From Cyanobacteriota bacterium (GTDB lineage: Bacteria; Cyanobacteriota; Cyanobacteriia; PCC-6307; Cyanobiaceae), in NCBI GenBank assembly GCA_046052125.1, contig JBJOMY010000002.1, positions 96,001 to 160,000 of the forward strand: 64,000 nt of DNA. Direction: 5' to 3'. Position 1 is the first letter of the stretch; every line of letters begins with the position of its first letter. This document shows positions 21,807 to 34,743 of the stretch, piece by piece. Below the pieces are notes generated by a model. It had not been told where the DNA came from. It made no database searches and saw nothing but the letters and a program-made list of their open reading frames with translations. The position numbers and the translations under genes are program-made.

Positions 21807-23720
21807 ATGAGCGCCTCCTCCGCAACCGAACACTTCGACGTGATCGTGGTGGGTGGTGGCCATGCGGGCTGTGAAGCCGCGATCACGGCGGCCCGGCTCG
21901 GCTGCTCCACCGCGCTCTTTTCACTCAACCTCGATCGCATCGCCTGGCAGCCCTGCAACCCCGCCGTGGGCGGGCCCGCCAAGAGCCAGCTGGTGCACGA
22001 AGTTGACGCCCTCGGGGGCGTGATCGGTCGGCTGGCCGACGCCACAGCCCTGCAAAAACGCATCCTCAATGCCAGCCGCGGTCCGGCCGTCTGGGCGCTG
22101 CGGGCCCAGACGGACAAGCGTCAATACGCCCGCCAGATGCTGCAACTGCTGCAGCACACCCCCAACCTCGCCCTGCGCGAAGCGATGGTGACCGGCCTCC
22201 TGGTGGAGGGCGAGCGCGTGCGCGGCGTGCGCACCTACTTCGGCAGCAGCTATGGCGCTGGCGCCGTGATCCTCACCGCCGGCACCTTCCTGGGCGGCCA
22301 GATCTGGGTGGGCAACCAATCGATGAGCGCCGGACGGGCCGGCGAGCAGGCCGCCGAAGGGCTCACCGAAGTGCTGGAGACGCTCGGTTTCCAGATGGGT
22401 CGCCTCAAAACCGGCACCCCGGCCCGGGTGGACCGGCGCAGCATCGCCCTCGATCAGCTGGAGGAGCAGCCCAGCGACGCCCACGGGCGCTACTTCTCCT
22501 TTGACCCGGCCAGCTGGGTGAGCGGCGAGCCGATGAGCTGCCACATCACCCGCACCACCGCGGCCACCCACCAACTGATCCGCGACAACCTGCACCTCAC
22601 GCCGATCTACGGCGGCTTCATCGACAGCAAGGGCCCGCGCTACTGCCCCTCGATCGAAGACAAGATCGTGCGCTTCGCCGACAAAGACAGCCACCAGATC
22701 TTCCTGGAACCGGAAGGGCGCGACACGCCGGAGATCTATGTGCAAGGCTTCTCCACCGGCCTGCCGGAGCGGCTGCAACTGGAGCTGCTGCGCACCCTGC
22801 CCGGCCTGGAGCAGTGCGTGATGCTGCGGCCCGCCTACGCCGTGGACTACGACTACCTGCCCGCCACCCAGCTCAAACCGTCCCTGGAAACCAAGCGGGT
22901 GCAGGGGCTCTATTCAGCCGGCCAGCTCAACGGCACCACCGGCTATGAGGAGGCAGCAGCCCAGGGCCTGGTGGCCGGCCTCAACGCCGTGCGCCAGCTG
23001 CGCAACCAGCCGCCGGTGCACTTCCCACGGGAGGGCAGCTACATCGGCACGATGATCGACGACCTAATCACCAAGGATCTGCGCGAGCCCTACCGGGTGC
23101 TCACCAGCCGCAGCGAATACCGGCTCGTGCTGCGGGGCGACAACGCCGACCGGCGCCTCACACCCCTGGGCCGCGAGCTCGGCCTGATCGACGATCGCCG
23201 CTGGGAGATCTACACCCGCAAACAGGAGGCGATTGCAGCCGAGAAGCAGCGACTCGAAACGGTGCGCCTCAAGGTGAGTGATCCAGCCGCCGATGCCGTG
23301 GCCACCGAAACCGGCGCCGCGATCAAGGGCTCGATCACCCTGGCGGATCTGCTGCGCCGCCCCGGTTTCCACAGCGCCGATCTGGTGCGCCATGGCCTGG
23401 CCGACGCCAACCTGCCGCTCGAAGTGCGCGAGGGCGCCGAGATCGACATCAAATACAGCGGTTACCTGGCCCGCCAGCAGCAGCAGATCGATCAGGTGAA
23501 AAAGCAGGAGCACAAGGCGATTCCCAGCGGGATCGACTACGCCGCCATCGGCACCCTCTCGCGCGAAGCCCGCGAAAAGCTGGCGGCGGTGCAACCGATC
23601 AACCTGGGGCAGGCCTCACGGGTGCCGGGGGTGAGCCCCGCCGATGTCACCGCCTTGATGCTGTGGCTGGAGCTGGAGCAACGGCGTGAACGCCTCGTCA
23701 AAGCCAGTCAGGGCCGATAA
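21807..23720 (+). CDS. mnmG: tRNA uridine 5-carboxymethylaminomethyl modification enzyme MnmG/GidA
   Basis: [45 protein letters not shown]. Confidence 0.98.
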   Translation: MSASSATEHFDVIVVGGGHAGCEAAITAARLGCSTALFSLNLDRIAWQPCNPAVGGPAKSQLVHEVDALGGVIGRLADATALQKRILNASRGPAVWALRAQTDKRQYARQMLQLLQHTPNLALREAMVTGLLVEGERVRGVRTYFGSSYGAGAVILTAGTFLGGQIWVGNQSMSAGRAGEQAAEGLTEVLETLGFQMGRLKTGTPARVDRRSIALDQLEEQPSDAHGRYFSFDPASWVSGEPMSCHITRTTAATHQLIRDNLHLTPIYGGFIDSKGPRYCPSIEDKIVRFADKDSHQIFLEPEGRDTPEIYVQGFSTGLPERLQLELLRTLPGLEQCVMLRPAYAVDYDYLPATQLKPSLETKRVQGLYSAGQLNGTTGYEEAAAQGLVAGLNAVRQLRNQPPVHFPREGSYIGTMIDDLITKDLREPYRVLTSRSEYRLVLRGDNADRRLTPLGRELGLIDDRRWEIYTRKQEAIAAEKQRLETVRLKVSDPAADAVATETGAAIKGSITLADLLRRPGFHSADLVRHGLADANLPLEVREGAEIDIKYSGYLARQQQQIDQVKKQEHKAIPSGIDYAAIGTLSREAREKLAAVQPINLGQASRVPGVSPADVTALMLWLELEQRRERLVKASQGR

Positions 23721-23772
23721 GGTGCGGCCACTTGCTGCAACGGTGCTGATCCACTGATCGCACCGGATTCCT

Positions 23773-24549
23773 TTGAGCGCTTCTCGCCCCACCAACACCT
23801 CGCGGGCCTACTGGGAGCTCAAGGCTGAGCAGGTGATGGATCGGGTGTTTGCAAACGCCGGCCGAAGCGAACCCGCAACCCTGCACGCACCGCCAACGCC
23901 ACCACCGGCCGCGAGCGAGGAGCCGATCGATGTGGAGGTGCGCGACACCAGCCGGCATTGGCCCGGGAGCTGGCGCCAGACCTGGCTCCGCCCTTGGCAG
24001 GTCGCCGCGGGCTCTGTGGCCTGCCTCGCCCTGATCGGCGGCTTCAGCCTGTGGCGCGGTTGGAGCGAAGCCCGCAACGACCTGCGCCAGGAGCGCAACC
24101 TGCGGCTGCTGGAAGGGATCCGCAGCCTCGGCACCACGCCAGACGCCAGCGGAACCAACCCCGCTCCCGCGGCGACGGGCAGCGACAGCCTGCCGCCACC
24201 GCCCCCCAGCGAGCCCTGGATCGAGGAACTCGGCCAGCTGGAAGCCCGCTCCCCTGGCGGCGTTGCACCCCTGCAGGTGCCCCTCAACGGCACTCTGCAG
24301 GCGCCGGCTCCCGCTGCCACCCTGCCCGTGGCACCAGCCGCAGGTGCCACGCCGGAACTGCTCGGTGTGGTGCAGATCCCGGGCAAGCCCGGCTCAGCGA
24401 TCTTCCAGGTGGGCGGCAGCTCCACCAACGCTCTGGTGGGCGAAAGCATCGGCGGCAGCGGCTGGCGATTGGTGTCCACCAGCGGCGACAGTGCCGTGAT
24501 CGAACGCGGTGGCACGAGCCGGCGCGTCAGCATCAGCAGTGGTTTCTAG
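23773..24549 (+). CDS. hypothetical bitopic membrane protein with C-terminal GspC/PilP-like beta domain
   Basis: One TM segment, short coiled coil, Pro-rich linker, C-terminal LLGVV...SAIF...GESIG.SGWRLVS; start uncertain. Confidence 0.65.
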   Translation: MSASRPTNTSRAYWELKAEQVMDRVFANAGRSEPATLHAPPTPPPAASEEPIDVEVRDTSRHWPGSWRQTWLRPWQVAAGSVACLALIGGFSLWRGWSEARNDLRQERNLRLLEGIRSLGTTPDASGTNPAPAATGSDSLPPPPPSEPWIEELGQLEARSPGGVAPLQVPLNGTLQAPAPAATLPVAPAAGATPELLGVVQIPGKPGSAIFQVGGSSTNALVGESIGGSGWRLVSTSGDSAVIERGGTSRRVSISSGF

Positions 24550-24578
24550 GGGGCCGGCGGGTCCTCAACCCTGCGCCG

Positions 24579-25181
24579 ATGCCCCCTTCTGAGCTCTGGC
24601 CCTCCCCTCGGCCCATCTGGCAAGCGGCGCCAGAAGCGGTGGCGGCAGGGCTATCGGGCCAGCCCGATGCTGATAGCGGCTCCTTGAGTGGCCCCTGGCG
24701 CCTGCTGTTGCTGGGCGATGGCAGCCCCACTCGCCACCTGCAATCGCTCACCGGCCTGGAGGTGGAGGTGGAGGTGATCGCGATGGAAGCGGATGCCGAC
24801 CGATGCCATGAAGCGCCGGCGGAGGTGGCGGAACTCGATCAGCCGTTACTGCGCCGCCAGGTGTGGCTGCGCTGCGGCTGCCAGACCCTGGCCTGGGCGG
24901 AGAGCTGGTGGAATCAGCTGGAAGCTGAGCGACACCTGCAGCAGCGCAACCAGCCGATCTGGCGCAGCCTCACCGCGAAGCGCGCCGAGCTCTACCGGGA
25001 AGTGGATGGGCTGGCCCTGGTGGAGGCCCCCGCTCTGGAGGAGGGCTTCGGCAGGCCCGGCCCCTACTGGAGCCGCCACTACCGGTTTTTTCGCGGCGGC
25101 AAGGAACTCACCGTGATCCGCGAAGTGTTCTCACCGGCCGTGGAGCAGTGGCTGGGCCCAGCCCAACACACAGCTTCATAA
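24579..25181 (+). CDS. ubiC: chorismate pyruvate-lyase (DUF98/Ycf21 type)
   Basis: WRLLLLGDGSPTRHL, RRQVWL, AESWW, PIW, WSRHYRF, IREVFSP. Confidence 0.85.
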   Translation: MPPSELWPSPRPIWQAAPEAVAAGLSGQPDADSGSLSGPWRLLLLGDGSPTRHLQSLTGLEVEVEVIAMEADADRCHEAPAEVAELDQPLLRRQVWLRCGCQTLAWAESWWNQLEAERHLQQRNQPIWRSLTAKRAELYREVDGLALVEAPALEEGFGRPGPYWSRHYRFFRGGKELTVIREVFSPAVEQWLGPAQHTAS

Positions 25182-25277
25182 CGATTTCCAACAAAGAATA
25201 CGAGTGGCTACAAAGGGAACTTGACAGGTTGCACAGGGATGTGCTGTGACCAGCATGAAGTCACTCGCAGCAGGACC

Positions 25278-25805
25278 ATGCATCAACCAATCCGCAGCAG
25301 CCAGGGGCCGCCTGCCCCGGCGAGCAGCGAACCCCAGTGGCTCTCACTCACCGATTTAGGCCGCGTTTATGGCATCTCCGCCGTGCATTGCGGACGCCTG
25401 CTTAGCGATGCGGGCCTGCGCGACAGCAGCGGACAACCCACACGCCATGCCCTGCGCAGCGGTTGCGCGATCCGCGGCCACCAGCCCCAATCCCATGGCC
25501 CCACCCAGTGGCACCGCAGCCACTGCAAGGCGGTGTTCCAGCGCGCGGGCCTGGAACCGATCCAGCGCACCACCCTGGTGCAGCAATGGGCCCAGCTGCT
25601 CAGCGCCCTCACCGATGGCTCACCCTCGATCAGCACCAGTGCGGATCAGATGGCCGAAGAGATGCCGGGCGAACTGGTGGACTCGGTGAACGCTGAGCTG
25701 CGCGAGATCGGCTGCAGCTTCCAGGTGGCCGCAGCCGGCCGCGCCCGCCACAACGCTCAGGCCGGTCGGCGCCGCGAAGAGCGAGGCAGTGCACGGCCGC
25801 TCTGA
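25278..25805 (+). CDS. hypothetical protein, possible HTH at N-terminus
   Basis: ATG 25278 after AGGA; WLSLTDLGRVYGISAVHCGRLL. Confidence 0.65.
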   Translation: MHQPIRSSQGPPAPASSEPQWLSLTDLGRVYGISAVHCGRLLSDAGLRDSSGQPTRHALRSGCAIRGHQPQSHGPTQWHRSHCKAVFQRAGLEPIQRTTLVQQWAQLLSALTDGSPSISTSADQMAEEMPGELVDSVNAELREIGCSFQVAAAGRARHNAQAGRRREERGSARPL

Positions 25806-26341
25806 GCAGGCGGTTCGCCCCGGAGCTCCCTGGCAGGGGGTTCTGAAGCTGGCGCAGCGCTGGAGTTGCGCTGCCAGCGGCTCACACTGAAGCTCTCATC
25901 GTCAGGCCAGGGCTCCGCAGCGCCCGCTGCATCGGTGGGCCTGGCAACCGGCGCTTCAGCGGGCACCCGACCAGGCGCAGACGAGGCGGCTCGGCGACGC
26001 GACAGGGCCTCCAAAGGCTGACGCTGGCTCCGCCGCTGCGGAGCGGATGCGGGCGGCTGCTCCCAGGATTCGCGCCAACCCTCGTCGTCTTCCAGCAACC
26101 AATCGAGCTTGTCTTCCACCCAGCGGCCCAGGTGATCGAGCCGCAGGCCGGGGCGGGCTCCACCACGGGATCCCGGGCGCGCTCCCGACACACCATCCAC
26201 CAATTGGCGGCCCGCCGACACCCACTGATCCAGGCGCTGCTCCAAGCGGGGCTCCTGTCTGAAGTCGGAGCGGCGGGGTCCGCGGCGCTCTGGCCGCTCG
26301 TCGGAGCGCTCCTCCCGCCAGTTGTCGTAAGCGTCCACCAT
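25757..26341 (-). CDS. hypothetical protein (low complexity, Trp-containing motifs)
   Basis: LDQWVSAGRQLVDGVSGARPG, LGRWVEDKLDWLLEDD, WPDDESFSV.RWQR. Confidence 0.65.
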   Translation of the reverse strand: MVDAYDNWREERSDERPERRGPRRSDFRQEPRLEQRLDQWVSAGRQLVDGVSGARPGSRGGARPGLRLDHLGRWVEDKLDWLLEDDEGWRESWEQPPASAPQRRSQRQPLEALSRRRAASSAPGRVPAEAPVARPTDAAGAAEPWPDDESFSVSRWQRNSSAAPASEPPARELRGEPPAQSGRALPRSSRRRPA

Positions 26342-26472
26342 CAGCGCAGGCTAGGGAGAGTCAGCGCCCGAGGCGCCGGGCCCGCAACCAGCGTTCGCGG
26401 CCCAGCCCCAACAGGGCGATCGCCACCCCGCTCCACTCCAGTGTCCACAAGGCCGTGCCCATGGCCGGCAAC

Positions 26473-27063
26473 CTAGGCGGCCGCGGGCTTGAACACCAGC
26501 TGGCAGCTGGCGTGCCACAGGCCGCCATGGTGCCGCTCACAGCAGAGGCGACAGGCCACCCCGGGCCGGCGACGCCGATAGGGCGACTCAAGCCCGCAAC
26601 ACGGACAACTGGCGATCCAGCGGGCCGGTTCGCTGGGAACGGGGAAGCGATGGCGAACGCTCACCTCAAACTCCTGCTGCGCCGCATTGATGGCGGCCAT
26701 GCGAGAGCGGAAGTGGGGCCCGTGCACCTCGTCGGCATGCACCACCCGATGCACCCAGGCGTGGATCATCTCGTGGCAGAGCGTGCTCGCCGTGGCCTGC
26801 TGAGGCAGGGCTTCCAACAACGGCCTTGAGAGCACGATCTCGCTGATCGCACGCCCCTGGCGGTCGCGCCCGTAACGATATAGCCCCGCGCTGCGGCGCA
26901 TGCGGCCATCGCTCCAGCGCACCGCCACCAGGGCGGAACCATCGCCATCCGCCAGGGATCCCTCGAAGTGCTCCCGGTTCAAGCGATGAAACAGCGGCAG
27001 CAGCGGAACGAGGGGCACGCTGGCGCTAGAGCGCTGGGCGCCGGCAGTCTGACGGACACCCAC
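26473..27063 (-). CDS. SprT-family zinc metalloprotease
   Basis: TLCHEMIH (HExxH), HGPHF, C-terminal CPCC...CRLC zinc ribbon; start uncertain. Confidence 0.88.
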   Translation of the reverse strand: MGVRQTAGAQRSSASVPLVPLLPLFHRLNREHFEGSLADGDGSALVAVRWSDGRMRRSAGLYRYGRDRQGRAISEIVLSRPLLEALPQQATASTLCHEMIHAWVHRVVHADEVHGPHFRSRMAAINAAQQEFEVSVRHRFPVPSEPARWIASCPCCGLESPYRRRRPGVACRLCCERHHGGLWHASCQLVFKPAAA

Positions 27064-27140
27064 GGTGTGGTGGAGGGAACCGCACTGCAGGAGAAGGGGG
27101 TTAGTCCTGCAGAATCAGCCGCACTCCTCCCCGCGCGCCC

Positions 27141-27560
27141 ATGGACGGACAACTGGTGCAGACGATCGGCACCAAGGCCCTACTGGCCGGCGCCGGCACG
27201 CTCCTCCTCTACTGGACGATCAACGCCGTGAAGCTGGTGTTGAACGCGCGCGGGATCAATCCGGTGATCAAGCAGTTCTTCACCCAGGTGGCCTCCGGGC
27301 GCGTGGATGCCGCCTACCTGCTCACCACCAAGAACTACCGTTCCCACGTGAACCGGCAGCAGTTCATCCGCTTCCTGGCGGGGCTGCAACTGAACAAGTA
27401 CCGCAACCTCAAGTCGGGCCGGCCGCGCATTCAGGAAGACCAGATCACCCTCACGGTGAAGCTCAAAGCAGAGAACAACGACGAGCTGCCCCTCGATTTC
27501 ACCTTCGTGAAGGTGGAGGACGACTGGAAGGTGGACCGCATCCAGCAGGCCGCCGCCTGA
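27141..27560 (+). CDS. conserved hypothetical protein (NTF2/lumazine-binding-like fold possible)
   Basis: N-terminal hydrophobic anchor, FF..VASGRVDAAY.L, C-terminal FVKVEDDWKVDRI; strong codon bias. Confidence 0.75.
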   Translation: MDGQLVQTIGTKALLAGAGTLLLYWTINAVKLVLNARGINPVIKQFFTQVASGRVDAAYLLTTKNYRSHVNRQQFIRFLAGLQLNKYRNLKSGRPRIQEDQITLTVKLKAENNDELPLDFTFVKVEDDWKVDRIQQAAA

Positions 27561-29651
<2,091 letters not shown>

Positions 29652-29671
29652 GTCAGCCCCACTCACACCCT

Positions 29672-29962
29672 TCAGCGGAAGCCCGCCCGGTTCACCGATC
29701 CACCGGCATTCGGACCCACGCCAGGGCCAGCTGCGGGACGCACACCCACGCCAGGAGCGCCGTAGCCCACACCCGGCGTTGGATTCACCACCGGGCCGCC
29801 AGGAGCCGCAACCGGCCGGCCATAGACCCGAACCGGCGCTGCCTCCACTTCCACACAGCCGACGGGGTAGCCGGGAGTGGTGCAGACCACAGCCGCCTGC
29901 ATAGGGCCGGCGGCGAGCAGGCCCAAACCCGCCAGACCTTGCAGCAACCAACGCCTGTTCAT
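29672..29962 (-). CDS. small secreted Gly/Pro/Val-rich protein
   Basis: MNRRWLLQGLAGLGLLAAGPMQA signal-like N-terminus, two Cys, PGVG repeats. Confidence 0.65.
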   Translation of the reverse strand: MNRRWLLQGLAGLGLLAAGPMQAAVVCTTPGYPVGCVEVEAAPVRVYGRPVAAPGGPVVNPTPGVGYGAPGVGVRPAAGPGVGPNAGGSVNRAGFR

Positions 29963-29998
29963 GGTGGCTCGTGCCCAGAGATCCTTACCCTGGCACGT

Positions 29999-30172
29999 AT
30001 GCAGCAAAGCGCCATCCACCGCTGGATCAAAACCGAGTGCGGGCGGGCGAAATACGCCGAGCTGGCCGCTCGCCCGGGGGTGCTGGCACGGCTGCGCCTG
30101 GCTTGGTTCGTGCTGATCGCCGCGATCCGCGATTGGCGATTGCCGGATCATCCCGGCGGCTCTGACGCCTGA
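29999..30172 (+). CDS. small hypothetical protein
   Basis: 57 aa from ATG 29999: MQQSAIHRWIKTECGRAKY...WFVLIAAIRDW. Confidence 0.6.
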   Translation: MQQSAIHRWIKTECGRAKYAELAARPGVLARLRLAWFVLIAAIRDWRLPDHPGGSDA

Positions 30173-30765
30173 AGCGCCTGCCTGGCAGCCCGGCTCACCA
30201 GCCACACCACCCCCACCGTGGCCACGATGCCGGCGATGCGCAAAGCCCAGGTTGGGGCGTCGGCTTCGCCGCTGAGCACCTCGCCGAAGCGCGCCACATC
30301 ACCGGCTAGGGCCCCCAGGCCACAAAAGAGGATCGTGCCTGGCAGGATTCCGATCAAGCCCAGGCTGTAATCGCGCAGGCTCACCTCGCTGAGGCCATAA
30401 GCCAGGTTGAGCAAGGAGAAGGGGAAGGCCGGCGACAGGCGCGTGAGTAGCACCAGCTTCAAGCCCTCGCGGCTCACCGCCTGCTCCACGGCCTGCAGTT
30501 TCGGCAGGGCGGCCAACCGGCGCTGCGCCCAGCCGCGCAGCCAGTGGCGACCCAGCAGAAACGCCGCCTCAGCCCCGAGGCAGGCACCCACAAACACGAT
30601 CAAGCTGCCCCACCAGGTGCCGTAGAGGGCACCGGCGAGCATCGAAGCCCACACCCCCGGCAACAGCAAGGTGACCCAAAGGGCATACAGGGGCACGAAG
30701 GCCACGGCCCCAGCCGGTGATTGCAGCGCAGGCCAGAGCGCCTGCAGGGTGGAGAGATCAGCCAT
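30148..30765 (-). CDS. TVP38/TMEM64 (DedA/SNARE-associated) membrane protein
   Basis: LLLPG, AGALYG, GA..AFLLGR, LTRLSPAFPFSLLN, GILPG. Confidence 0.9.
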   Translation of the reverse strand: MADLSTLQALWPALQSPAGAVAFVPLYALWVTLLLPGVWASMLAGALYGTWWGSLIVFVGACLGAEAAFLLGRHWLRGWAQRRLAALPKLQAVEQAVSREGLKLVLLTRLSPAFPFSLLNLAYGLSEVSLRDYSLGLIGILPGTILFCGLGALAGDVARFGEVLSGEADAPTWALRIAGIVATVGVVWLVSRAARQALQASEPPG

Positions 30766-30800
30766 GGCATGGATCCTGATCGCTCAGACCTCTCAACCGC

Positions 30801-31553
30801 TCACACCTCTGATGAATAACCACCATCCACGGGGATGGCCGCGCCGGTAATGAAGTTCGAGGCCTCGCTGGCCAGAAACACCGCGATGCCCTCGAAATCA
30901 GCAGGCACACCCCAGCGGCCCGAAGGAGAGCGGGCCAGCACCCGCTCGTTCAAACCCGGCAGCTGCTCGCGGGCGGTGCGCGTGAGGGCCGTATCAATCC
31001 AGCCCGGGAGAATCGCATTCACCTGAATGCCATCGGCCGCCCAGCCCACCGCCAGCGACTTGGTGAGCTGCACCACGCCACCCTTGCTGGCTCCGTAGGC
31101 GGCCGCCACGGCGGAGCCGAACAACGACAACATCGAGCCCACATTGATCACCTTGCCTCCGCCCATCAAATGCGGGTAGGCCGCCTTGGCGCACAGAAAG
31201 GCTCCCGTGAGGTTGGTGTCGAGCACCTGATGCCACTGCTCCAGCGTCAACTCCTGAGCGGGCAGCCGCACATTCGTGCCGGCGTTGTTCACGAGCACAT
31301 CCAAACGGCCGAAATGGGCCACGGCCTGCTCCATCAAGGCTGTGATCGAGCCTTCGCTGGAGACATCCGTTTCGATCGCGATCGCCTGAACGCCCAGCGC
31401 CTGAAGCTCAGAAACGGCCAGGGCCGATTTCTCGGGGTTGCGGGCCGCCACCACGAGCGAAGCCCCAGCCCGTGCCAACCCACGCGCCATCCCCAGGCCA
31501 ATCCCTCCATCACCGCCGGTGACGATCGCCACCTTGCCGCTGAGATCAAACAC
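30801..31553 (-). CDS. SDR family oxidoreductase (KduD-like)
   Basis: TGGDGGIG, NNAG, YGASK, VNAILPG, VDGG. Confidence 0.9.
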   Translation of the reverse strand: MFDLSGKVAIVTGGDGGIGLGMARGLARAGASLVVAARNPEKSALAVSELQALGVQAIAIETDVSSEGSITALMEQAVAHFGRLDVLVNNAGTNVRLPAQELTLEQWHQVLDTNLTGAFLCAKAAYPHLMGGGKVINVGSMLSLFGSAVAAAYGASKGGVVQLTKSLAVGWAADGIQVNAILPGWIDTALTRTAREQLPGLNERVLARSPSGRWGVPADFEGIAVFLASEASNFITGAAIPVDGGYSSEV

Positions 31554-31860
31554 GCGACGGTGGCTGGCACTGCATCACCACGCCCTTGGCGCGGCTCCAG
31601 CGGGCCCGATCACCCTTGATCCAGAACTCCTGATCAGCGGCGCCATAACGACCTCCATCCCCGGAGGGCAGGCGTGGCAGGCGTGTCGCGCTCTGGCCCT
31701 CCAGCAGCACCACCTCGGAGGGGTCCTGGTTGAAGAAGAAGGCGGTGACATCCACCGCGTCAAAGCGACCAAGGCAGCGGTACTCCGCCCGGATGCCCGG
31801 TTCAGCCTGAACGGCGACGGGCAGAACAGCCAGCAGAGAAAGACAGCTCAACCAGCGCAT
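31546..31860 (-). CDS. MliC/PliC-family lysozyme inhibitor-like protein
   Basis: Signal peptide, YRC, SGDGGRY (cf. SASGARY), FWIKGDRA, C-terminal Cys. Confidence 0.75.
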   Translation of the reverse strand: MRWLSCLSLLAVLPVAVQAEPGIRAEYRCLGRFDAVDVTAFFFNQDPSEVVLLEGQSATRLPRLPSGDGGRYGAADQEFWIKGDRARWSRAKGVVMQCQPPSRV

Positions 31861-31889
31861 CGGAATCAACTCCAGGCCTCACGCCATCA

Positions 31890-34667
31890 TCAGCCCAGAT
31901 CCGCCAAACGCCTGCGGGCCAACTCAGCCTGAGCCTCGGCTTCGGCCAGGTTGGCCTTGCATTCGGCCACCACCTCCGGCGGTGCTTTGTCCGCGAAGTT
32001 GGGATTGGCGAGGCGGCCAGCGAGGCCTTTGATCTCTTTGTCGGCCTTGGCGATGTCTTTCTCAAGGCGGCCGCGCAGGGCCTCGAGATCCACCAGTCCT
32101 TCGATTGGCAGCAACACCTGCAGCTCACCGCTCACGCCGGCGAGGGCCTTGGTGGCTGGCTGGGCCTCGGCGGCGGCGGGATCGAGCACCTCAACGGTTT
32201 CAGCGCGGGTGAGGGCAGTGATATCCGCCGTGGCGGCTGAGAGCACCGCAGCGAGGGCGCCGCGGCCAGTCACGAACCGCACCGGCACGCTCTGGCTTGG
32301 CTTGAGGCCCGCCACGGCACGGAGGTTGCGCACCACCCGAATCGCTTCGATCAGATCACTGAACGACGCCTCCAGCTCGTCATCCAGCGAAGCAACGTCG
32401 ACCACCGGCCAGGGCTGCAGCGCCAGGAACGTCTCTTCAGAAGAGCCGGTGAGGCCATGCCAGAGCTCTTCGCTCAGGTGGGGCATCAGCGGATGGAGCA
32501 TCACGAACAGCTCGTTCAGCACCTTGGCGAGCACCTGCCGGGCGGTGCGCTGATCGGCCAGGGCGGCTGCGCTGGGGGACTCGCCGGGATTGAGGCGGCG
32601 CTTGATCAGCTCCACATACCAATCGCACACCTCGTTCCAGGCGAACTCATACAGACCCTTGGACGCTTCACCGAGGCCGTAGCTGCCGTAGCGCTCAGCG
32701 GTTTCACGATTCACCCGCGCCAGGCGCGAGAGGATCCAGCGATCCGCCAGCTGCAGCGCGGCCGGATCGGGTTCACCCAGGGAGGCGGGGGTTTCGCCAC
32801 CCAGGTTCATCAGCGCGAAACGGGTGACGTTCCAGAGCTTGTTGGCGAAGTTGCGCGAGGCCTCCACCGTGGCGGAGGTGTCGGATTTGCGGTCGTAGTC
32901 GAGGCGGATGTCCTGGCCGGCACCAGCCACCTCACGCACCAGGGCGAAGCGCAGCGCATCGGCGCCGTAGCGATCGATCAGCAGCAGCGGGTCGATGCCA
33001 TTGCCCGCCGATTTGCTCATCTTGCGGTTGTTCTCATCCCGCACCAGGCCGTGGATGTAGACGTCCTGGAAGGGCATCCGGCCGGTGAAGGCGCCGGCCA
33101 TCATCGTCATCCGGGCCACCCAGAAAAAGATGATGTCGAAGCCCGTCACCAGCACGCTGGTGGGATACCAACGGGCCAGATCGGCAGCACCCGCATCGGG
33201 CCAGCCGAGGGTGGAGAAGGGCCAGAGGCCGCTGGAGAACCAGGTGTCGAGGGCGTCAGGGTCCTGTTCGAGCACCAGCGGGTGGGCATGGGTGCCGCCG
33301 CTGAACTGGGCTTCGGCCTTAGCGCGGGCTTCCGCTTCATCGCGGGCCACCACATAAGGAGTGGTGTCGGTGATCACGCCACCGGTTTCGCTCACCACAA
33401 ACCAGGCGGGGATGCGATGGCCCCACCAGAGCTGGCGGGAGATGCACCAGTCGCGGATGTCGGTGAGCCAGTCGCGGTAGACCTTGCTCCAGCGCTCTGG
33501 CACGAAGCGGGGATCGGCTTGCTCGAGGGCCTCGCGGCAACGGGCGGCGAGGGGCTCTGTTTTCACGAACCACTGGGTGGAGAGCAACGGCTCCACCGGC
33601 ACCTTGCCGCGATCGGAGAAGGGCACGCTGTGGCGGTAGTCCTCCACCTTCACTAGGAAACCTTCGGCCTCCATCGCTGCCACCACGGCCTTGCGGGCCT
33701 CGAAGCGATCGAGACCCCGGAAGCGACCGGCGGCCTCGTTCATCGAGCCGTCCTTGGCCATCACCGTGATCAGCGGCAGGTTGTGGCGCTGGCCGATCGC
33801 GAAGTCGTTGGGGTCGTGGGCGGGGGTCACCTTCACGCAGCCGGTGCCGAACTCCGCATCCACGTGGTCGTCAGCCACGATCGGGATCTCGCGGCCCACC
33901 AGCGGCAGGGTGAGGGTCTGCCCCACCAGATCGGCATAACGCGGATCCTTGGGGTTCACGGCCACGGCCGTATCGCCGAGAAGCGTTTCGGGGCGGGTGG
34001 TGGCCACCTCCAAGTGGGTGCGGCCATCGGCGGCGGCACCGGCTGTGAGCGGGTAGCGGAAGTGCCAGAGGTGGCCATCCACCTCCTTCATCTCCACCTC
34101 CAGATCACTCACCGCCGAACCGGAGGCAGGGCACCAATTCACCAGGTATTCACCCCGGTAGATCAGTCCCTGCTCATGCAGGCGGTTGAACGCTTCGATC
34201 ACTGCCGCGCTGCAGCCGGCATCGAGCGTGAAGCGCTCGCGCCGCCAGTCCACCGAATAACCGAGCCGGCGCAGCTGGCCCACGATCGTACCGCCGCTCT
34301 GGGCCTTCCACTCCCAGGCCTTCTCCAGAAAGGCCTCACGGCCGAGATCCTCCTTGCGCTTGCCCTCAGCCTTGAGCTGCTTCTCGAGGATCGTCTGCAC
34401 GGCGATCGAAGCGTGATCGGTGCCGGGGAGGCAGAGCACGTTTTTGCCCTGCAGGCGCTGGAAGCGCACGATCGTGTCGATCAGGGCCGTGTTGAAGGCA
34501 TGGCCCATGTGCAGGCTGCCGGTCACATTCGGCGGCGGGATCACCACCGAGAACGGCTCACCGGGAGCACTGGGATCGGGGTGGAAGGCGCCGCTGGTTT
34601 CCCAGGCCTGCTGCCAGCGCGCTTCGGTGCCCACCGGGTCGTAGGTCTTGGGCAGGGCGTCGGTCAC
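31890..34667 (-). CDS. valS: valine--tRNA ligase
   Basis: [33 protein letters not shown] start at [11 protein letters not shown]. Confidence 0.98.
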   Translation of the reverse strand: MTDALPKTYDPVGTEARWQQAWETSGAFHPDPSAPGEPFSVVIPPPNVTGSLHMGHAFNTALIDTIVRFQRLQGKNVLCLPGTDHASIAVQTILEKQLKAEGKRKEDLGREAFLEKAWEWKAQSGGTIVGQLRRLGYSVDWRRERFTLDAGCSAAVIEAFNRLHEQGLIYRGEYLVNWCPASGSAVSDLEVEMKEVDGHLWHFRYPLTAGAAADGRTHLEVATTRPETLLGDTAVAVNPKDPRYADLVGQTLTLPLVGREIPIVADDHVDAEFGTGCVKVTPAHDPNDFAIGQRHNLPLITVMAKDGSMNEAAGRFRGLDRFEARKAVVAAMEAEGFLVKVEDYRHSVPFSDRGKVPVEPLLSTQWFVKTEPLAARCREALEQADPRFVPERWSKVYRDWLTDIRDWCISRQLWWGHRIPAWFVVSETGGVITDTTPYVVARDEAEARAKAEAQFSGGTHAHPLVLEQDPDALDTWFSSGLWPFSTLGWPDAGAADLARWYPTSVLVTGFDIIFFWVARMTMMAGAFTGRMPFQDVYIHGLVRDENNRKMSKSAGNGIDPLLLIDRYGADALRFALVREVAGAGQDIRLDYDRKSDTSATVEASRNFANKLWNVTRFALMNLGGETPASLGEPDPAALQLADRWILSRLARVNRETAERYGSYGLGEASKGLYEFAWNEVCDWYVELIKRRLNPGESPSAAALADQRTARQVLAKVLNELFVMLHPLMPHLSEELWHGLTGSSEETFLALQPWPVVDVASLDDELEASFSDLIEAIRVVRNLRAVAGLKPSQSVPVRFVTGRGALAAVLSAATADITALTRAETVEVLDPAAAEAQPATKALAGVSGELQVLLPIEGLVDLEALRGRLEKDIAKADKEIKGLAGRLANPNFADKAPPEVVAECKANLAEAEAQAELARRRLADLG

Positions 34668-34743
34668 AGGCAGCAGTGAGGCAATCGGGCCATGCTCGCA
34701 AAACGGCACCAGAGCCGGGATGATGTGCCCGCTTGCCGCGGCC

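Noticed and set aside
23958..24578. Long N-terminal extension of ubiC, or frameshift fusion with the upstream gene
   Set aside because: The extension is Arg/Pro-rich off-frame shadow typical of high-GC DNA; a good ATG exists at 24579
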